A stretch of DNA of 36,195 nucleotides from Clostridiales bacterium (GCA_918285425.1 CAKJZE010000022.1:1-36195); one strand, 5' to 3'; numbered from the stretch's first letter, positions 8,299 to 17,997 are shown. Notes: generated by a model not told the origin, from the sequence alone. Program-made: numbers and translations.

Positions 8299-9072
8299 AT
8301 GAATAAAATATTAATTACAATATTGGGTTGCACAAGCATATTTCTTGCAACAACGTTTGGAGCAGCTCTTGTTTTTTGCATAAAAAAAGAGATAAATAAA
8401 AAACTCAATTCAATGATATGTGGATTTTCTGCCGGAGTGATGATTGCTGCATCAGTATTCAGCCTTATTTTACCATCTATTGATGACTCTTCATACCTTG
8501 GAACATTTGATTTTTTGCCTGCAAGCTTAGGTGTTTTAATCGGCACACTTTTCCTGCTTTTAATTGATGTTATTGTTGCACTTTCAAACAAAAGGAAAAA
8601 TTTAAGCACAGCCCCACAAAAACAAAAATTGACAAAATTTATACTCGCATTTGTTCTTCATAATATTCCTGAAGGTCTTGCTGTTGGCTTTGCTTTTGGA
8701 AGTGCTCTTGCATCAAACTCTGCACTCGCCGGAGCAATCGGTCTGACCATTGGAATTGGTATTCAAAACATACCTGAAGGCCTTGCTGTTGCATTGCCAA
8801 CATATAAATTCACAAAAAATAAATCAAAAAGCTTTTTACTTGGTACTTTAAGTGGCGCAGTTGAGCCAATTTTTGCAATTGTTGGTGTCATAATTGCATC
8901 TCAAATTCAAACACTTCTTCCATGGTTTCTTGCATTTTCCGCAGGCGCAATGATATTTGTAACTGTCGAAGACTTGATACCTGAAGCCAAATATTCAGAA
9001 AAAAGTCACATTGGCACCTATGCGTTTATTTTCGGTTTTGTGATCATGATGATACTTGACGTATTACTGTAA
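8299..9072 (+). CDS. ZIP-family (ZupT/GufA) divalent metal transporter
   Basis: GFSAGVMIAAS, HNIPEGLAVG, QNIPEG and SGAVEP motifs; multi-TM. Start at ATG 8299 behind AAGGGG. Confidence 0.92.
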   Translation: MNKILITILGCTSIFLATTFGAALVFCIKKEINKKLNSMICGFSAGVMIAASVFSLILPSIDDSSYLGTFDFLPASLGVLIGTLFLLLIDVIVALSNKRKNLSTAPQKQKLTKFILAFVLHNIPEGLAVGFAFGSALASNSALAGAIGLTIGIGIQNIPEGLAVALPTYKFTKNKSKSFLLGTLSGAVEPIFAIVGVIIASQIQTLLPWFLAFSAGAMIFVTVEDLIPEAKYSEKSHIGTYAFIFGFVIMMILDVLL

Positions 9073-9133
9073 AATTTATAAATCAATTTACAATTTACAC
9101 TCACAATGTTACAATAATTATGAGGTAAATGCT

Positions 9134-9622
9134 ATGAATATAGTTCTTGTAGAGCCAGAAATCCCACAAAACGCTGGCAATATTGTGCGCACCTGCAGTG
9201 CAACTGGCTGTAACCTTTATCTTGTGCGTCCACTTGGGTTTGAACTTTCTGATAAACATTATAAAAGGGCAGGTCTTGACTATCACGACTTTGCCAACGT
9301 AAAGATTGTTGACAGCTTTGAGAAAATTTATGAAGCAAACAAAGACAAACAGTTCTTTTTTGCAAGCACAAAAAGCAAAAAAACTTACGCTGATGTCACC
9401 TATTCTGACGATTGTTTCATTGTCTTTGGCAAAGAAAGTTTTGGCCTTCGTGAAAGTCTTTTAAAACAGCATTATGACGACTGCATACGTATTCCAATGC
9501 TTGAAAACAGGCGTTCACTTAACTTAAGTAATTCTGTTGCAATCATAGTTTACGAAGCACTCCGTCAACAAAATTTCAAAAATTTACAAACATCTGGCGA
9601 ACTGACCGGCAGAATTGATTAA
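9134..9622 (+). CDS. trmL: tRNA (cytidine/uridine-34-2'-O)-methyltransferase
   Basis: EPEIPQNAGNIVRTC, KRAGLDY, FGKESFGL and RSLNLSNSV motifs; GAGGT SD. Confidence 0.93.
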   Translation: MNIVLVEPEIPQNAGNIVRTCSATGCNLYLVRPLGFELSDKHYKRAGLDYHDFANVKIVDSFEKIYEANKDKQFFFASTKSKKTYADVTYSDDCFIVFGKESFGLRESLLKQHYDDCIRIPMLENRRSLNLSNSVAIIVYEALRQQNFKNLQTSGELTGRID

Positions 9623-9632
9623 AAGGAATATT

Positions 9633-10172
9633 ATGCAAAAGCAACTTAACCATCAAGAATTTAAATTAATTCAAGAAAAAAACAAAAACAACATAATTAT
9701 TATTCTTGAAAATTTAGAACATGCTGAAAATATTGGATCTGCATTCAGACTTGCAGATGCTTTTAACATTGAAGGAATTGTCATTATAACCAATCATGAA
9801 TTAGATTGGAAAAAAATAGAAAAAACAGCTAGAAATTGTGAAAGTAGTGTACCTTTCCGTATTTGTAAAAATGCAGATGAAGCTTTATCTTTTATTGCTA
9901 AAAAAAAATATAAACCTGTTAACATTGAAATAACTTCTGAAAGCAAACCTTTAAGAGATATTAATTTTGCTAAACTTGAAAATGTTGCAATTATTGTTGG
10001 CAATGAAAGAACTGGCGTAAGCGATGAGATGCTTGAAAAAGTACCATCATCTTGCCACATTGATATGTATGGGAACAATTCTTCCATGAATGTGTCAAAC
10101 GCACTTGCAATCGCCTTATATAAAGTATCAGAAGATTTGCTTTTATTAAATAAATTATTGTTACTGAAATAG
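9633..10172 (+). CDS. Single-domain SPOUT (TrmH/SpoU family) RNA methyltransferase
   Basis: ENIGSAFRLADAF, VGNERTGVS and SSMNVSNA SPOUT motifs; AT-rich. Confidence 0.85.
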   Translation: MQKQLNHQEFKLIQEKNKNNIIIILENLEHAENIGSAFRLADAFNIEGIVIITNHELDWKKIEKTARNCESSVPFRICKNADEALSFIAKKKYKPVNIEITSESKPLRDINFAKLENVAIIVGNERTGVSDEMLEKVPSSCHIDMYGNNSSMNVSNALAIALYKVSEDLLLLNKLLLLK

Positions 10173-10200
10173 AAAATATATTTATTAGTATAATGACAAT

Positions 10201-10230
10201 AAAAAAACAAGACATTTTTCTTGTTTTTTT
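10201..10230. terminator. Bidirectional terminator between convergent genes
   Basis: AAAAAAACAAGA-loop-TCTTGTTTTTTT. Confidence 0.7.
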
Positions 10231-10237
10231 ACACTTT

Positions 10238-10540
10238 CTATTCTTTCACTGGTTTATAGTAAACAATTTCTTTTTTTAGTTTCTTGGCATAATTGATTTG
10301 GCTTTTAGTGCTTTCTCCAATATAACCATCAACATTCATAACATAGATTGCATCAGCAAGCTCAATTTTTTTCATGTGGCAAGCATAGATGTTTTCAAGT
10401 TCCCTAATTTCGTTTTTGTATTTTTTATCATAGCTAAATGGTGCAAGCACACAAATACCCTCTTCCGCTTCAAGAAGGCTTGCAACCTTTTTCATTTCAT
10501 CTTCAAATTTTAAACTTCCACAAATAGTATAAACTTTCAT
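10238..10540 (-). CDS. Small DUF4406 / nucleoside-deoxyribosyltransferase-like fold protein
   Basis: TICGSLKF...HMKKIELADAIYVMNVDGYIGESTKSQINYAKKLKKEI; GAGGTG SD and own promoter. Confidence 0.65.
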   Translation of the reverse strand: MKVYTICGSLKFEDEMKKVASLLEAEEGICVLAPFSYDKKYKNEIRELENIYACHMKKIELADAIYVMNVDGYIGESTKSQINYAKKLKKEIVYYKPVKE

Positions 10541-10558
10541 AATTTTCACCTCTTATCT

Positions 10559-10587
10559 ATTATACAATGAAACGTATTTTTTAGCAA
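10559..10587 (-). promoter_or_regulatory. Sigma-A promoter
   Basis: TTGCTA-17 bp-TATAAT on the minus strand. Confidence 0.65.
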
Positions 10588-10636
10588 ATAATTTTACGCA
10601 GATATTTTAATTTTTTACCAACTTAAATAAAACACA

Positions 10637-11968
10637 CTATGCCCGTTCAATTTTAACCAAGGTTTCCACATGCTGAGTCTGAGGAAACATATCATAAGCT
10701 TTAACCTCTTTTAATTTATATCCGCCCGCACAAATAAGTTTCAAGTCTCTTGCAAGTGTCGCCGGATTGCACGAAACATAAACAATTTCTTTCACACTGC
10801 TCTGCAAAATTGACTGAACAACTTTTCCGTCCAACCCTTTTCTTGGTGGATCAAGAACAAGCAAGCAATCTTCATTGATAGCATTTATTACTTCTGGCAA
10901 CTTATCTGCAACATCACAATTGATGTTGGTAATGTTCTTAATTCCGTTTTCTTTTGCCATAGCATCAGCATCATTTGTTGCTTCTTTAACTATTTCAAGT
11001 CCATACACATGTTTTGCAGACTGGCTTAAAAGTGCAGACATCAGCCCCGCACCGCTATAGGCATCAACAACCACTTTGTTTTTTGCAAATTGAATAGCTT
11101 TTTTATAAATTTCCTGCATAATATGCACATTTACTTGGAAAAAGCTTTTTGCAGAAAGAAGCACTTTTACACCCAATATATCGCAATTTATACATTTTAT
11201 TCCGCAAAGCCAATCAACATTTCCTTCCAAAATCACATTATTATCGCTTATCTTTTTGCACTCAAATATACCAATGTCATCATCACCTAATTTCAGTTCA
11301 TTTTTCAATTCAGACAACATAACATTTGCATTTTTTATGTGCACACTTGACACCACAACCACAAGCACTTTGCCATCAACCACGCGAACAACCAAATACT
11401 TAAAATGTTTTTTTGTGCTGGCATAAAATTTGTTTACAATTTCTTTAAAAGCTTTTGCAACTTTATTAATTAAATTATCTGTTATCAAACAATTATCTAT
11501 GAATATTGGCTCATGCGAAAGACCTTTAAACATTGAAACTTGCAGCTTTCCATCGTCATCAATAAAAAGTGGAAATGCAGCTTTGTTACGATAAAAATAT
11601 TCTTTGTCACTTGGCACAATATCAACACTTTGAATATCTTTAAACCCGCCAATTTTCACAAGCGCATTACGAACAATATTTTTCTTGGCTTCCAGTGTCT
11701 TTGCATAGTTCATATGTTGAAGCGAACAACCGCCACATTTTGCAAAGTATGGACAAGACGGGTCAATCCTTTCAGGTGATGATTCAATAATGTTCACAAT
11801 CTTGCCAACCGCATAGTTTTTTGTCACTTTGATAATGTGAACCTTCAATTTTTCGCCACTTATTGAAAATGGTACAAAAATAACAAAGCCATCTGAACGC
11901 GCTATGCCCTGTCCTTCACTGTTATAACCATCTATTGTCACAATAAGTTCATCATTTTTTGAAATCAT
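10637..11968 (-). CDS. rlmD: 23S rRNA (uracil-1939-C5)-methyltransferase
   Basis: TRAM domain, Fe-S cysteines CPYFAKCGGC, SFFQVN, DPPRKG, YVSCNPATLARD and DMFPQTQHVE. Confidence 0.93.
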   Translation of the reverse strand: MISKNDELIVTIDGYNSEGQGIARSDGFVIFVPFSISGEKLKVHIIKVTKNYAVGKIVNIIESSPERIDPSCPYFAKCGGCSLQHMNYAKTLEAKKNIVRNALVKIGGFKDIQSVDIVPSDKEYFYRNKAAFPLFIDDDGKLQVSMFKGLSHEPIFIDNCLITDNLINKVAKAFKEIVNKFYASTKKHFKYLVVRVVDGKVLVVVVSSVHIKNANVMLSELKNELKLGDDDIGIFECKKISDNNVILEGNVDWLCGIKCINCDILGVKVLLSAKSFFQVNVHIMQEIYKKAIQFAKNKVVVDAYSGAGLMSALLSQSAKHVYGLEIVKEATNDADAMAKENGIKNITNINCDVADKLPEVINAINEDCLLVLDPPRKGLDGKVVQSILQSSVKEIVYVSCNPATLARDLKLICAGGYKLKEVKAYDMFPQTQHVETLVKIERA

Positions 11969-12669
11969 TTTATTTTTAGTTCCTTAAGTTTTTGTTTAAT
12001 ATTTTCATCAATTCTGCGACTTTCGCACGCCTTTTGTATTCCTTTATTAATCACAAAGACATTAAAATGATGATTTTTAATAATTTTTTGCGCAATTTCA
12101 ACTGCATTTTGCGAATTTTTAATAAGTATTTCAGATATAAGCCACGCTATCGCCATATTGACATAATATTTATCGCAATCCACTTTGTCAATATCAGTTA
12201 AAACCCTTTCATAATCATCAAGAAAAAACTTCATCAGACCAACCACACCAAGCCTTACAACAAACTCTTTATCACTTGAAAGCAAACTGCAGAAGAAATC
12301 ATAATCATTTTTAGTGCCTTTAACACATTTCATGCCTGCATTAAGGTCAACCTCTGCCCAACTGTCAAACACCTCTGCAAGTTTAACAAGCCTTGGAAAA
12401 ACATATTCAGGATCCTTATGCAAACAAAGCACAAAACCCTTGATCATCACTTCTTCAAAGGCACTGTTGTCACCAAGCTCAAACAACCTTTCATGATTGC
12501 CTTTAAATATCTCTTTCGCAATTTTCTTAAGCTCTGGCGTACGCACTCCAATAATCTGTTTTTGAGTATTGATAATTTTGCGTGAAAAATCAATAAATGC
12601 TTGATCTGCGCACTTTTGTTTTAATAAAAGTAAAAACTTTTCATAATCACTTTGATTTTCAATATTCAT
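11965..12669 (-). CDS. AlkD-like DNA alkylation repair protein (HEAT-repeat glycosylase family)
   Basis: IGVRTPELKKIAK, DSWAEVD, EFVVR, YYVNMAIAWLISE and NKGIQKACESRR motifs. Start chosen at ATG 12669 from promoter position. Confidence 0.8.
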   Translation of the reverse strand: MNIENQSDYEKFLLLLKQKCADQAFIDFSRKIINTQKQIIGVRTPELKKIAKEIFKGNHERLFELGDNSAFEEVMIKGFVLCLHKDPEYVFPRLVKLAEVFDSWAEVDLNAGMKCVKGTKNDYDFFCSLLSSDKEFVVRLGVVGLMKFFLDDYERVLTDIDKVDCDKYYVNMAIAWLISEILIKNSQNAVEIAQKIIKNHHFNVFVINKGIQKACESRRIDENIKQKLKELKIK

Positions 12670-12675
12670 ATCAAT

Positions 12676-12704
12676 ATAATACACTAATTTTACAAACATA
12701 TCAA
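12676..12704 (-). promoter_or_regulatory. Sigma-A promoter of the alkD-rlmD unit (likely leaderless)
   Basis: TTGATA-17 bp-TATTAT-6 nt-ATG. Confidence 0.65.
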
Positions 12705-12712
12705 TCACTTGC

Positions 12713-12741
12713 TGGACTTTGCCAAAAGTTTGTTATATACT
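12713..12741 (+). promoter_or_regulatory. Sigma-A promoter of the pflX-like unit (likely leaderless)
   Basis: TGGACT-17 bp-TATACT-6 nt-ATG. Confidence 0.65.
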
Positions 12742-12747
12742 ATCAAC

Positions 12748-13626
12748 ATGAAATGTAACGTATGTCCAAGAAATTGTAATGTTGATCGTCACACAGCAAA
12801 AGGATTTTGCCAAGCAGGCGACAAAATGGTAATATCAAAAGTTATGCTTCACTACTTTGAGGAGCCCATTTTAACCGGCGGTGAAAACAAGCCAAGTGGA
12901 GCAATCTTTTTTGCCGGTTGTAATTTAAAGTGCGTGTATTGCCAAAACTATGAAATCAGTCATGGCGCACAAGGCAAAGAAGTGACTGTGTCAGAGTTTA
13001 TAGAAATAATTAAAAAACTTGAGAGTATGGGTGCCGAAAACATAGACCTTGTCACCCCAACCCACTATGCAGTGCAAATTGCCAATGCACTTAAGATTTA
13101 TAAGCCAAGTGTGCCAGTAGTGTGGAATACAAGTGGATATGAAAATCCGGAAACAATCAAAGCACTTGCTGGACTTGTTGACATATATTTAACCGATTTC
13201 AAATACGCAGATGACAACCTTGCAATTAAATACAGCAAGGCACCTGATTATGTAAAAAATGCAAAAAATGCACTTAAAGAGATGAAAAAACAACAAAAAG
13301 ACAATGTTTTTGAAAATAATAAGCTTGTCCGCGGAATTGTGATCAGGCATCTTGTTTTGCCAAACAATACCAAAGACAGCATCAAAGTTTTAGATATCGT
13401 AAAAGACATTTGTGGCAAAGACGCAATCCTTTCAATCATGGCACAGTACACACCAATGACCAAAAATTTACCAAAAGAGCTTTGCCGCAAGATCACTCCA
13501 CTTGAATACAAAACCGTGGTAAATCACGCCCTGAAACTTGGGCTTACAAATTCATTCACGCAAGACCTTTCCAGCGCCTCCGCCTGTTTCACCCCCAACT
13601 TCAAAGAAAAAATCATTGAGATATAA
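12748..13626 (+). CDS. PflX-like radical SAM protein
   Basis: N-terminal CNVCPRNC, HYFEEP, GAIFFAGCNLKCVYCQN (CxxxCxxC), VTPTH, RHLVLP and MAQYTP. Confidence 0.88.
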   Translation: MKCNVCPRNCNVDRHTAKGFCQAGDKMVISKVMLHYFEEPILTGGENKPSGAIFFAGCNLKCVYCQNYEISHGAQGKEVTVSEFIEIIKKLESMGAENIDLVTPTHYAVQIANALKIYKPSVPVVWNTSGYENPETIKALAGLVDIYLTDFKYADDNLAIKYSKAPDYVKNAKNALKEMKKQQKDNVFENNKLVRGIVIRHLVLPNNTKDSIKVLDIVKDICGKDAILSIMAQYTPMTKNLPKELCRKITPLEYKTVVNHALKLGLTNSFTQDLSSASACFTPNFKEKIIEI

Positions 13627-13636
13627 GGAAATCAAT

Positions 13637-14440
13637 ATGAAAACAATAAATATAGGAAAAGAAAATGCAACATTTCAAGAAATATTGGCTTTGAAAGAAA
13701 ACCGCACAAAAAGGGCAAACACAAAGCTGTTTTTTGTTGAAGGCACACAAAACATAAAAGACGCAATTACAAATGGCTGGCAAATCAGTGCTTTTATTTA
13801 CAATAGCATTGAATCGCTTTCCGATTGGGCAAAAAGTGTTTTACCAGCAGCAGAATTGAATTATTACATAAGTGAAAACTTAATGCAAAAATTAAGTGAT
13901 AAATCAGAACCAAGCGAACTTCTTGCAATTATCAAAATGAAAGAACAAAAGATTGTAAATTTCAGCAAAAATCCACTGATTGTTTTGGTCGACAGGCCTT
14001 CAAAAAAAGGAAACTTTGGAACAATCATTCGAAGTTGTGATGCACTGTTTGTTGATCAACTTTTCTTTATTGGACACAGCGTGGATATTTATGATAAAGA
14101 TGTAATCACTTCATCAATGGGTTCTTTCTTTCGCCTGCCTTTCAAATTTATTGAATCAAACGAAGAAGTTATAAAACTCATCAATACCCTAAAATCAAAA
14201 TATAAGGATTTTCAGATTGTGGCAACAAGCCTTGATACCAACAACAACCTTTGGAATTGTGATTTTACAAAACCAACCTTACTTTTGGTTGGCAACGAAG
14301 CAAAAGGCATCTCAAAATTTCTCTCCGACACTGCAGACACATTAGTTAAAATTGACATGAAAAATGATGTTGACTCACTCAATGTCGCCTGTGCCACCAC
14401 CGCCTGCCTCTATGAAATCTCAAGACAGCGAAATAAATAA
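13637..14440 (+). CDS. TrmH/SpoU-family rRNA 2'-O-methyltransferase, AviRb-like
   Basis: SPOUT motifs DRPSKKGNFGTIIRSCDA, VGNEAKG and SLNVACA; N-terminal NATFQ...NRTKR...LSDWA resembles AviRb as I recall it. AAGGA SD. Confidence 0.8.
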   Translation: MKTINIGKENATFQEILALKENRTKRANTKLFFVEGTQNIKDAITNGWQISAFIYNSIESLSDWAKSVLPAAELNYYISENLMQKLSDKSEPSELLAIIKMKEQKIVNFSKNPLIVLVDRPSKKGNFGTIIRSCDALFVDQLFFIGHSVDIYDKDVITSSMGSFFRLPFKFIESNEEVIKLINTLKSKYKDFQIVATSLDTNNNLWNCDFTKPTLLLVGNEAKGISKFLSDTADTLVKIDMKNDVDSLNVACATTACLYEISRQRNK

Positions 14441-14464
14441 AAAGACGCTTCAAAGCGTCTTTTT
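14439..14464. terminator. Bidirectional terminator
   Basis: AAAAAGACGCTT-CA-AAGCGTCTTTTT. Confidence 0.85.
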
Positions 14465-14474
14465 CATTTTTTAT

Positions 14475-16790
14475 TTATAATCTTGCTGAATGACATGTTA
14501 AGTAAATTATCTGATACTCCTTCGCCACGCTTTTCAAAAGTTTCATTGCACTTGCAATTTTTTCTTCATCAAGATTAACAAATGGATCGTCAAGAATCAA
14601 AAATGGTTTTTCATTTTCAAAAAGCGCATCAACAAGGGCAAAGCGTATGCACAAATCTACAACTGTTTGATATCCCTTGCTTAAAAATGCAAGTTCCCTT
14701 GACGCGCCATTTTTATCAAATGTGATATTCATATTGATGTCTGGACTCAGCACAAGTTCACTTCCGTTCACAAACTTTCCGACATATTTGTTCAAACTTG
14801 TCTTTATTGGTGCTAGAAATTTTGCAGAAAGACTGTCATTTGAGCCTTGCAAAAATTCCTTTGTCTTTTCAATAATTTTAAGTTGTTGTTTCAACTCTTC
14901 TTTTTCTTCTTTTAAAGATGATAAATCATTTTTTAGATCATCAAGCCCAACAAGTTCTTCCTGCAGACCAGCAAGTTTGTTCACAAGCTCTGCACGATTT
15001 TCTTTAAGCACATCAATTTGATGTTGCAAAGTTCTTTCTTCTTGCTGTAATTTTGATATACCAAAACCTTCAAGATCTGAATCTTTTGTGGCAGGCTGCT
15101 CTTTTTTATCAAATTCTTCCAGTTTACTGTTAATTTCATCAATTTCCGAAGATATCTTATTATAATTTCTGCAAATATCATCAAGAACCAAAAACTTTTC
15201 TTCCATTTTTTGCAAATTTTCTGCAAAACTGAATTGATTTAAGAACTTATCAACTTCTTCAAGAAGATGTTCTGCACTTTTATTCATATCCGAAATCTTA
15301 TTTTCACTCTCTTTTTCAATTGCAAGCGAAATTTCATACTGATTGACTTGCGCCAAAAGTGAAGAAAGTGATGCTGCTGTCAACTCAAAGTCAATATTAT
15401 ATTTTTTTGCAAATTGCAGAAGGTTTCCTTCAATTTTCGCAAGTTTTTCTTGTTTTTGCTTTAAGACATCGAAATCTGAAATTGCACCTGTTTGTTTTGC
15501 CAAGCTCGTTTGCAGTGCTATATAGTTTTTCAAATACACAAACCCTGCAAATATCAAAGCAATAAACCCAAGTATAAATCCAACAATTGCAATAGTTTTA
15601 TTGACAAACAACATTGCAACACCAATCACAATTAACACCGCAGAAAGTAAACCTGCACCAATTAAAACCTTGCTTTTGCCCGTTTGATTTTGAGCCGCCG
15701 GTGATTTAGCACTTTGCTTGATAATTTCAACTTCTGCAGATAATTTATTTTGTTCTTGCTTATGTTCAATTGCTTTTGTTATTTCATCTTTTGTTGGATA
15801 ATCATTTCCCCATTGTTCTTTTTGCTTTCTGAAATCATCATCAAACTTTATTGATGACTTCATCGCATCAAGCTTTGCAATCGCATTTTGATATTCTTTA
15901 TATTTCTTATTTGCTTGTTCCAAATCATCAGACTGTAATTCTTTGCCACAAAGCACGCTGTCAAAAGCTGCTTTCTTTTGCAAAAGTTCATTTTTCCTTG
16001 CCAAATTTTCTTTTATATATTTTTGATTGGCAAGCAATTTTTCATTTTCCGCAACTTCGGAAATCTTTTTTGAAACAACTTCTTTTTGCTCTCCGACTTT
16101 TTTGATTTTTTCATCATTTTCTGCAATTTGTGCATTTATTGTTTCAATTGTTGGTGAAATACCCTTCAAATTTGCAATTTTTTGCTCGATCTTATCAATT
16201 TGATTTTGCACATCATACAATTTTCCCGTCTTGTTTTGTTTCTTTATCTCACTGCGCTTTTCGTCAAGGACTTTCAATGCAGCTTCCAAACTTTCGGAGT
16301 TTTCCGCTCCGTTGACCATGCCAAGAAGCTTACTACTGATAGATTCATTTACTCCACTTTCAATCTCTTTCTGTGGAATAAATGTACATTTTTCATAGGC
16401 ATTTGCATCAAGTCCAAAAAGCTCAAGCCCTAAATTTTCCGAGAAATCATTTGATTGTTTCCCCGTTTGCATATCATAAAGTACAAACGTGTCATCAGAT
16501 TCTTTTTTACCAAAAAACCTCTCTACCTTATAGCTTTTCCCATTTATTTTAAAGCAAAGGCTTCCGCCATATGCCCCGCCCTGCCATGGTGTATATTTTT
16601 TTCTGTCATTCTCATTAAGGTCACGCTTTGTTGTTGCAGGCAGACCATAGAACATTGCCTTAATAAATGTTGCAAGAGTGGTCTTTCCAAATCCATTTTT
16701 CTGCAAAACCGAATTCAGTCCTTCAGAAAATTCAAAGGACTGCGCTTGTAGTTTACCAAAATTTTCAATATAACAAGAGATAAGTTCCAT
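14475..16790 (-). CDS. YhaN/SbcC-like SMC-family ATPase with central TM hairpin
   Basis: ENFGKL, Walker A NGFGKTT, long coiled coils, two central hydrophobic helices, signature LSKG and Walker B LILDDPFVNLD. Confidence 0.88.
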   Translation of the reverse strand: MELISCYIENFGKLQAQSFEFSEGLNSVLQKNGFGKTTLATFIKAMFYGLPATTKRDLNENDRKKYTPWQGGAYGGSLCFKINGKSYKVERFFGKKESDDTFVLYDMQTGKQSNDFSENLGLELFGLDANAYEKCTFIPQKEIESGVNESISSKLLGMVNGAENSESLEAALKVLDEKRSEIKKQNKTGKLYDVQNQIDKIEQKIANLKGISPTIETINAQIAENDEKIKKVGEQKEVVSKKISEVAENEKLLANQKYIKENLARKNELLQKKAAFDSVLCGKELQSDDLEQANKKYKEYQNAIAKLDAMKSSIKFDDDFRKQKEQWGNDYPTKDEITKAIEHKQEQNKLSAEVEIIKQSAKSPAAQNQTGKSKVLIGAGLLSAVLIVIGVAMLFVNKTIAIVGFILGFIALIFAGFVYLKNYIALQTSLAKQTGAISDFDVLKQKQEKLAKIEGNLLQFAKKYNIDFELTAASLSSLLAQVNQYEISLAIEKESENKISDMNKSAEHLLEEVDKFLNQFSFAENLQKMEEKFLVLDDICRNYNKISSEIDEINSKLEEFDKKEQPATKDSDLEGFGISKLQQEERTLQHQIDVLKENRAELVNKLAGLQEELVGLDDLKNDLSSLKEEKEELKQQLKIIEKTKEFLQGSNDSLSAKFLAPIKTSLNKYVGKFVNGSELVLSPDINMNITFDKNGASRELAFLSKGYQTVVDLCIRFALVDALFENEKPFLILDDPFVNLDEEKIASAMKLLKSVAKEYQIIYLTCHSARL

Positions 16791-17860
16791 CACAACTCCT
16801 CCCCGCCAAGTGCTTTTACGCCAAGAAGTATTATATCCTCTTTTTCTTTGTCAGAAATGTCACTTGCAAGCACCTGTCTTATAAATTCTCCACGAAGAGA
16901 AACATCATATTGATAATCGTTTTTGTCAACTTTCATCACACTTTCATCTTTAATTTTTACACAGTAAAATCTTGCTGCCAATTTTGCCTGCAAATGTTCA
17001 ATCTGCTTTGAAAGTTCAAGAGTATATTTCCCCACAAGCACAATCTTAACAAGATCCTCTTTGTTGATGTTTTGAACCGCTTTCATAACCACATTTTCAA
17101 TATCAAACCAATCACTTCTGCCAGTGATGTCAACTTCCACTTCATGCAAATTCCGTTTTGCAAATTGTATAAAATCATATGAATAACTATCATTTTTTAC
17201 ATCAAGCAAGACAAAGCCTTTATTTCCACATTCGTCAAAGCCACGACCTTCAAGGCAGCCGCTGTATGCATATGTGCCACGGTCGTCAAGCTTGTCTGCC
17301 TCATAAGAGTGAATATGCCCAAGTGCCAAATAGTCAATATTTTTGTTTTGCAGCTTGGTTAAATTTATGACATTATCGCTCTTCAAATTATACTTCGAAA
17401 TTGGTCCATGAAGCACAACAATATTGAATTTATCTTTATCCAAAAGCAAAGTATCATAAATTGTTTTACTTTTCCCCTCAACTCTTGCGCCAGTAATGTC
17501 AATGCTTCCAAAAGAAAACTTTGTCCAATTATCACCAAACACAAAAAGATTATCAAGCGAACCCGTAAACTCGTCAATGATATTCTTTTCATCGTGATTT
17601 CCAGCCAAATACACAAATTTTATGTCATTATGTGATTTAAAAATATTAAAAATGCGATTTTTTGTTTGCACACTTATCTTTGATGTGTCAAACATGTCAC
17701 CTGCTATAATAATAATTTTAACATCATTGGCAGAAGCATACTCAACCATATTTTCAAAAGTGAGCAATATTTCTTTTTTTCTTTGATTTGCTTTTTCTTT
17801 TGGCAAATTAGTCTGCATTTTGCTGTCAATATGCAAATCTGCGGTATGAATTATTTTCAT
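16790..17860 (-). CDS. YhaO/SbcD-Mre11-like metallophosphoesterase DNA repair nuclease
   Basis: HTADLH, AGDMFD, GNHD, LHG, YLALGHIH and GCLEGRGFDE motifs; GGAGGAG SD. Confidence 0.92.
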   Translation of the reverse strand: MKIIHTADLHIDSKMQTNLPKEKANQRKKEILLTFENMVEYASANDVKIIIIAGDMFDTSKISVQTKNRIFNIFKSHNDIKFVYLAGNHDEKNIIDEFTGSLDNLFVFGDNWTKFSFGSIDITGARVEGKSKTIYDTLLLDKDKFNIVVLHGPISKYNLKSDNVINLTKLQNKNIDYLALGHIHSYEADKLDDRGTYAYSGCLEGRGFDECGNKGFVLLDVKNDSYSYDFIQFAKRNLHEVEVDITGRSDWFDIENVVMKAVQNINKEDLVKIVLVGKYTLELSKQIEHLQAKLAARFYCVKIKDESVMKVDKNDYQYDVSLRGEFIRQVLASDISDKEKEDIILLGVKALGGEEL

Positions 17861-17997
17861 ATTACTCCTCCTTTTGAAAGTTATTTTTATAAAGTTTGCT
17901 TTTAAGCTTGCAAAAAATGTTGAAATTTTTATATATTAGTGATATTATATATTCATAGTTAAAAAAAATCAACTATTTTCAAAAGGCGGAACATAAT

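Noticed and set aside
6012-10240. Integron-like cassettes for the AT-rich genes
   Set aside because: No shared attC-like flanks, target-site duplications or integrase were seen.
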